From Promethearchaeota archaeon (GTDB lineage Archaea > Asgardarchaeota > Lokiarchaeia > Sigyniarchaeales > SOKP01): a DNA stretch of 64,000 nt. Positions 59,848-64,000 of the stretch are shown piece by piece. Both the position numbers and the translations under genes were made by a program. Under the pieces are notes generated by a model. The model had not been told where the DNA came from. It saw only the letters and a program-made list of their open reading frames with translations, and searched no databases. The stretch is taken from positions 22,920 to 86,919 of the forward strand of contig JAFGOA010000187.1 of NCBI GenBank assembly GCA_016926735.1, read 5' to 3'. How positions within the stretch are numbered: the first letter of the stretch is position 1; each line of letters begins with the position of its first letter.

Positions 59848-60969
59848 TTAATTTTTTTCCTTCGAATTTATGATAAGAGGAATTTTACCTTCATATAATA
59901 ATTGATCCAAGATAACTATTGCTGTCATCGCTTCTACAACAATTACTGCCCTTGGAACAATACAAGGGTCATGTCTCCCAGTTAAGGTTAATACAGATTC
60001 TTCTAACTTATTTATATCAACAGTTTTTTGCTCCTGTCCTATAGAAGCAGTTGGTTTGACGGCAATTTGAAATTCAATTGGCATACCTATTGAGATACCT
60101 CCTATTATTCCCCCACTATCGTTTTTTACTGTTTCGATTTTCCCTTTCTTAATTATCCAAGGGTCATTATGTTGTGAACCTTTCATTTTTGTAGAATTGA
60201 ATCCAGCTCCAAATTCAATACCTTTGATAGAGCCTATTGAAAAAATAGCTTTACTTAAATTAGATTCTAATCCTTCAAAAATTGGGCTTCCCAAACCTGG
60301 AGGAACATTTTTCACTATACATTTGATTATTCCCCCAACAGAATCATTCTCCTTTTTAGCATTCTCAATTACTTCTATCATGTTCTTAGATTTATTTGCA
60401 TCAAGACACCTTACTATTGACATTTCTCTCTGTTTTTCAATTTCATATAATGTATCTAAATTATAATTCTGATTATCAACTATATCTCCAATACTCTTTG
60501 TATATGCAAAAATATCTATTTTAAATTCTTTTAAAATAAGTTTTGCAATTGCGCCTGCCATTACGATCCCAGCAGTAATCCTACCAGAAAATCTTCCTGA
60601 ACCTCGATAATCAGAATTACCTCCATATCTTTTCAAAGCTGAATAATCTACGTGCGAAGGACGTAATAAATTCTTATATTTTTCATATTTAGAAGATTTA
60701 GTATCTTTATTTTTAATTATTAAACAAATAGGAGCACCAGTTGTTTTATTTTTAAAAACTCCAGATAGAATTTTTACTATATCTGGTTCATTTCTTGAAG
60801 TAGAAATTTTTGATTGTCCTGGTTTTCTTTTATTAAGCTCTTTTTGGATTAATTCTAACTTAATTTCCAACCCTGCAGGTATACCATCAATAATTATACC
60901 AATTACATCTCCATGACTTTCTCCAAAAGAAGTTATTTTAAATATTTTTCCTAATGTATTTCCTCCCAT
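59848..60969 (-). CDS. aroC: Chorismate synthase
   Basis: FGESHG, RPSH.D, SGR.TA, KPTASI and GRHDPC motifs. Confidence 0.96.
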   Translation of the reverse strand: MGGNTLGKIFKITSFGESHGDVIGIIIDGIPAGLEIKLELIQKELNKRKPGQSKISTSRNEPDIVKILSGVFKNKTTGAPICLIIKNKDTKSSKYEKYKNLLRPSHVDYSALKRYGGNSDYRGSGRFSGRITAGIVMAGAIAKLILKEFKIDIFAYTKSIGDIVDNQNYNLDTLYEIEKQREMSIVRCLDANKSKNMIEVIENAKKENDSVGGIIKCIVKNVPPGLGSPIFEGLESNLSKAIFSIGSIKGIEFGAGFNSTKMKGSQHNDPWIIKKGKIETVKNDSGGIIGGISIGMPIEFQIAVKPTASIGQEQKTVDINKLEESVLTLTGRHDPCIVPRAVIVVEAMTAIVILDQLLYEGKIPLIINSKEKN

Positions 60970-61217
60970 TGTTCTTAAAACTCTCTTAGCCTATTGTTGA
61001 TTATATTTTAATTATTTTCACTATACATATTAGCTTATCTAATTAAGTGAATCTTATTAAAATTAAAATTCTTTTTCTAATAAACCTTTTTTCCAATTAT
61101 AAAAAAATGACTATTAAAAACAAATTAAATAATACAATCTTTAATATAATTAAATCCTAATAATTAACATAAGTAATAAGATTGATAACCTAAATATATA
61201 AAATTCTTAATATTACG

Positions 61218-62546
61218 ATGAATCTTATAATTAATATAGCTCCAAATGCTCTCAATGGGGAGATTATACCTCCAGGATCTAAAAGTCATTCTCATAGAGC
61301 ATTAATTTTAGCTGGATTTGCTCAAGGTGCCTCAATTATAAATAATCCACTAATTTTTGGAGATGTGGACGTCACAATAAATATTTTAAAAACATTAGGT
61401 ATTAAAATTGCTGAAATTAAAAAAGGATCTTATGTAATTAGTGGAAGAAAAGACTTTTTTTTAAAACAAATGCCTCCTCTAGATTGTAAAAATTCTGGAA
61501 CCACTCTAAGAATATTGACCGCTTTAAGTCTATTAATCGAAGGAGGATTAAAGTTTAAAGGAATTTTTTTAGAGAGAGAAAGACCCATATTACCTCTGCT
61601 TGATGCTTTAAAAAATTTAGGTGCTGAATATAAATTAGAAGAAAATACTTTACATATTAAAAGAAAGAAAGATATTTATATTCCAATTAATATAAAAGGT
61701 GATATAAGTTCCCAATTTATTACTGCTTTATTAATTCTATGTCCTCTAATTAAATGTAAGGATACTAATGTTATATATCTCAATATTACGACACCTTTAG
61801 TCTCGTATCCCTATGTGGAAATTACCTTAAATATTTTAAAAACATTTGGGATTAATATTATTGAAAAAAGAGAGAGCAATAATTTAATAAGTTATATTAT
61901 TGAAACAGGTCAAATATTAAGAACACAATTATATGATATTCCTTCTGATTTTTCTTCAGCTGCAGTTATAATCGCTGCTGTTATTCTTTGTCCTCTTGAC
62001 TCAAAAGTTGAATTTAAGAATTTGAATTTCCAAGATCCTCAAGGAGATAAAAGATTTATTAATATTCTTCAAGATATGGGTGCAAAAATAGATGTTTTTG
62101 AAGAAAAAAAGAAAATTATAGTGTATGGAAATATAAATAAAAATCCATTAAAAGGAATAAAGATCGATTTAAATGATATCCCCGACCTTTTTCCAATTTT
62201 ATCCGTAATTGGGACATTTGCCCAAGGAGAAACAATTTTAGTAAATGCTCATAATTTAAGGTTTAAAGAATGTGATAGAATTTCAATCATGGCAAGAGAA
62301 TTACAGAAAAAGGGAGTAAAAGTTATAGAGAAGGATGATGGAATGATAGTATATCATTGTAATGATTTAAAAGGTTCAGAGATAGATCATGAAAAAGACC
62401 ATAGAATAGCAATGGCGAATATTGTTGCCAGTTTATATGCAAATTCTGAATCAACAATAAAAAATATAGAAATAATAAAAGATTCCTATCCAAATTTTAT
62501 AGAGGATTTGGAAAAATTAGGTGCTAATATTAAGAAAATCAGGTAA
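61218..62546 (+). CDS. aroA: 3-phosphoshikimate 1-carboxyvinyltransferase (EPSP synthase)
   Basis: SKS.SHR, NSGTTLR, SSQF, DFSSA, KECDRI, DHRIAM and SYPNF motifs. Confidence 0.96.
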   Translation: MNLIINIAPNALNGEIIPPGSKSHSHRALILAGFAQGASIINNPLIFGDVDVTINILKTLGIKIAEIKKGSYVISGRKDFFLKQMPPLDCKNSGTTLRILTALSLLIEGGLKFKGIFLERERPILPLLDALKNLGAEYKLEENTLHIKRKKDIYIPINIKGDISSQFITALLILCPLIKCKDTNVIYLNITTPLVSYPYVEITLNILKTFGINIIEKRESNNLISYIIETGQILRTQLYDIPSDFSSAAVIIAAVILCPLDSKVEFKNLNFQDPQGDKRFINILQDMGAKIDVFEEKKKIIVYGNINKNPLKGIKIDLNDIPDLFPILSVIGTFAQGETILVNAHNLRFKECDRISIMARELQKKGVKVIEKDDGMIVYHCNDLKGSEIDHEKDHRIAMANIVASLYANSESTIKNIEIIKDSYPNFIEDLEKLGANIKKIR

Positions 62547-62556
62547 AAAATATAAT

Positions 62557-62967
62557 TTAACGAAAAGATTTTTGTCTTCTCTTTCTGGCTTTTGTTCCAC
62601 CAAATTTCTTTGGTTCAATTCTACGAGAATCACCGCTTAATAGCGCATCATCATATTCCCTTAAAGTTCGCTCGATTTTTTTTGTCCCAATATATTTGTT
62701 GATTACTCGAGCAATTGCAATTCTTGCAGCATCTGTTTGACCACTTATCCCTCCACCTTTAACATTAACTTCAATATCACATTTTTGAACTTTAGGGTTA
62801 TTAATTACTTCTAAAACTTCTTGAATTCTCAATTTTGCAATTTCAGGTTCATATATCTCTAAAGGAACATTGTTGATTTTAATTTGACCTTTTGCTGGAT
62901 GTCTTAAAATTGCTCTAGCAATAGCTGATTTTCTTTTTCCTGAAGATTGTATTAATTTTGTTGACAT
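62557..62967 (-). CDS. rps9: 30S ribosomal protein uS9
   Basis: GKRKSAIARA, GGG.SGQ and QKSFR motifs. Confidence 0.97.
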   Translation of the reverse strand: MSTKLIQSSGKRKSAIARAILRHPAKGQIKINNVPLEIYEPEIAKLRIQEVLEVINNPKVQKCDIEVNVKGGGISGQTDAARIAIARVINKYIGTKKIERTLREYDDALLSGDSRRIEPKKFGGTKARKRRQKSFR

Positions 62968-62972
62968 AATAA

Positions 62973-63446
62973 CTAGACCTCAATCTCTTTTTTTTCCCAT
63001 CCTCCAATTCTATTACAAAGGTTTTCCAAAGTTATAAATTTATTATAATAGAAAAGGCGAGTTTTATCACAATTAGGAACTTCTTGTGGCGTTAATTTTT
63101 GATATCTTTTTTTAAATCGTTCTGGAATATCTCCGATATAAACATGAACTCTTTTTATTGCTTCTTTTCCTCGAATCTTCTTCCTCGGAAGCATTTGCTT
63201 TATTACTCTTCTCATAAATGTATCTGGTCTGCGTTTATGAAAAGGACCTCTTGAAGGATTTGTAGCAGTTCTTACATTTAATCTTATTAAATATTTAGAG
63301 TGTGTAAAATCCTTGTTTCCGCTTATAATTGCATCTTTAGCATTAATTATTACAATATTATAGCCTAATAATGCTTTTTTAGCAACTTGGCTTGCAAATC
63401 TTCCTAGTATTTTATCTTTTGCATCTAATAATTGATATTCTTGCAT
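62973..63446 (-). CDS. rpl13: 50S ribosomal protein uL13
   Basis: LGR.AS.VAK, RGPFH and MLP motifs. Confidence 0.96.
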   Translation of the reverse strand: MQEYQLLDAKDKILGRFASQVAKKALLGYNIVIINAKDAIISGNKDFTHSKYLIRLNVRTATNPSRGPFHKRRPDTFMRRVIKQMLPRKKIRGKEAIKRVHVYIGDIPERFKKRYQKLTPQEVPNCDKTRLFYYNKFITLENLCNRIGGWEKKEIEV

Positions 63447-63468
63447 TTTAATTACCCTATTCTTTTAA

Positions 63469-63834
63469 TTAATAAAAGACTTTTACTTTTTTTCCCTCAG
63501 GATTCTGTTCTAATAATTCTTCTATTGAAATGAGTTTACTTCCTGATGCTGTTATTTTTTCTTTTGCAGATTTTGAATAATCTAGACAAGCAATCGTAAG
63601 TTTATGTTTTAGATCACCAATACCGAGAACCTTTCCAGGAATAACAATTACATCATTTTGCTTGGTTTTTTTATTAATACGATTTAGATTAGCTTCGACT
63701 CTATTTCTTTTTGGAGAACTTAATTTTTTTGATATCTTCCTCCAAATTCTTCTCTTTGTTTTCCATAAATCCCTGATCAATTTTCTTGTATAATAATTTG
63801 TTGGACCAGTAACTTTATGACTCAATAGTGACAC
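63469..63834 (-). CDS. rpl18e: 50S ribosomal protein eL18
   Basis: NL.RIN, PGKVLG.G and S.SA.EKI...G motifs. Confidence 0.96.
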   Translation of the reverse strand: MSLLSHKVTGPTNYYTRKLIRDLWKTKRRIWRKISKKLSSPKRNRVEANLNRINKKTKQNDVIVIPGKVLGIGDLKHKLTIACLDYSKSAKEKITASGSKLISIEELLEQNPEGKKVKVFY

Positions 63835-63902
63835 TTCTTTTTATTCTTAATATGTATATATATAAAAATTTGATAATTTAATAAATTTTTGATTGATTTA
63901 TC

Positions 63903-63952
63903 TTTTATCACTTAAGAAGACCCCTTCCTTTATGGAGGGAATGAATTGAGTG
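63903..63952 (+). repeat. 50-nt K-turn-like hairpin, copy B (upstream of, and antisense to, the rpl18e operon)
   Basis: 40/50 identity to copy A; TCACTTAA/TTGAGTGA stem closing GAAGA...ATGA; further lower stem TTGATTTAT/ATAAATCAA. Confidence 0.7.
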
Positions 63953-64000
63953 AGGATATCTATAAATCAATAATTCACCATTGTATGATTCTTTTTTAAG

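Noticed and set aside
1501-60466. Short antisense or overlapping track ORFs (e.g. 1501-1698, 4488-4778, 21130-21423, 26868-27308, 34879-35376, 40925-41329)
   Set aside because: Shadow frames of well-supported genes
1-64000. CRISPR arrays, rRNA genes, transposases, integrases
   Set aside because: None recognised by manual reading

Overview
Very AT-rich archaeal chromosomal window, almost certainly Asgard (Lokiarchaeia/Promethearchaeota). The assignment rests on lokiactin, two Rab-like small GTPases, longin and roadblock proteins, archaeal RpoK/L18e/L13/S9/EF-1beta/PAN/Hef, and a bacterial-type MutS-MutL pair. Most of it is housekeeping: purine, NAD and shikimate biosynthesis, TldD/PmbA, indolepyruvate oxidoreductase and three tandem Mtd-like dehydrogenases. 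The main signal is RNA splicing at bulge-helix-bulge (BHB) motifs. (1) The protein-coding gene iorB is interrupted by a 30-nt, stop-containing intron (31907-31936). It folds into a BHB, and the standard endonuclease cut sites exactly restore the conserved GSExHGLAQR motif, so it is a candidate tRNA-endonuclease-type mRNA intron. (2) A tRNA-Val(CAC) gene (18564-18730) carries three non-canonical BHB introns (28/29, 44/45, 59/60). Also noted: three genes that appear to start at non-canonical ATH codons, two candidate structured ncRNAs, a 50-nt K-turn-like hairpin present twice, and a circularly permuted ATP-grasp plus M14-peptidase pair. No CRISPR array, rRNA or transposase was seen. All calls come from manual reading; no database searches were run.
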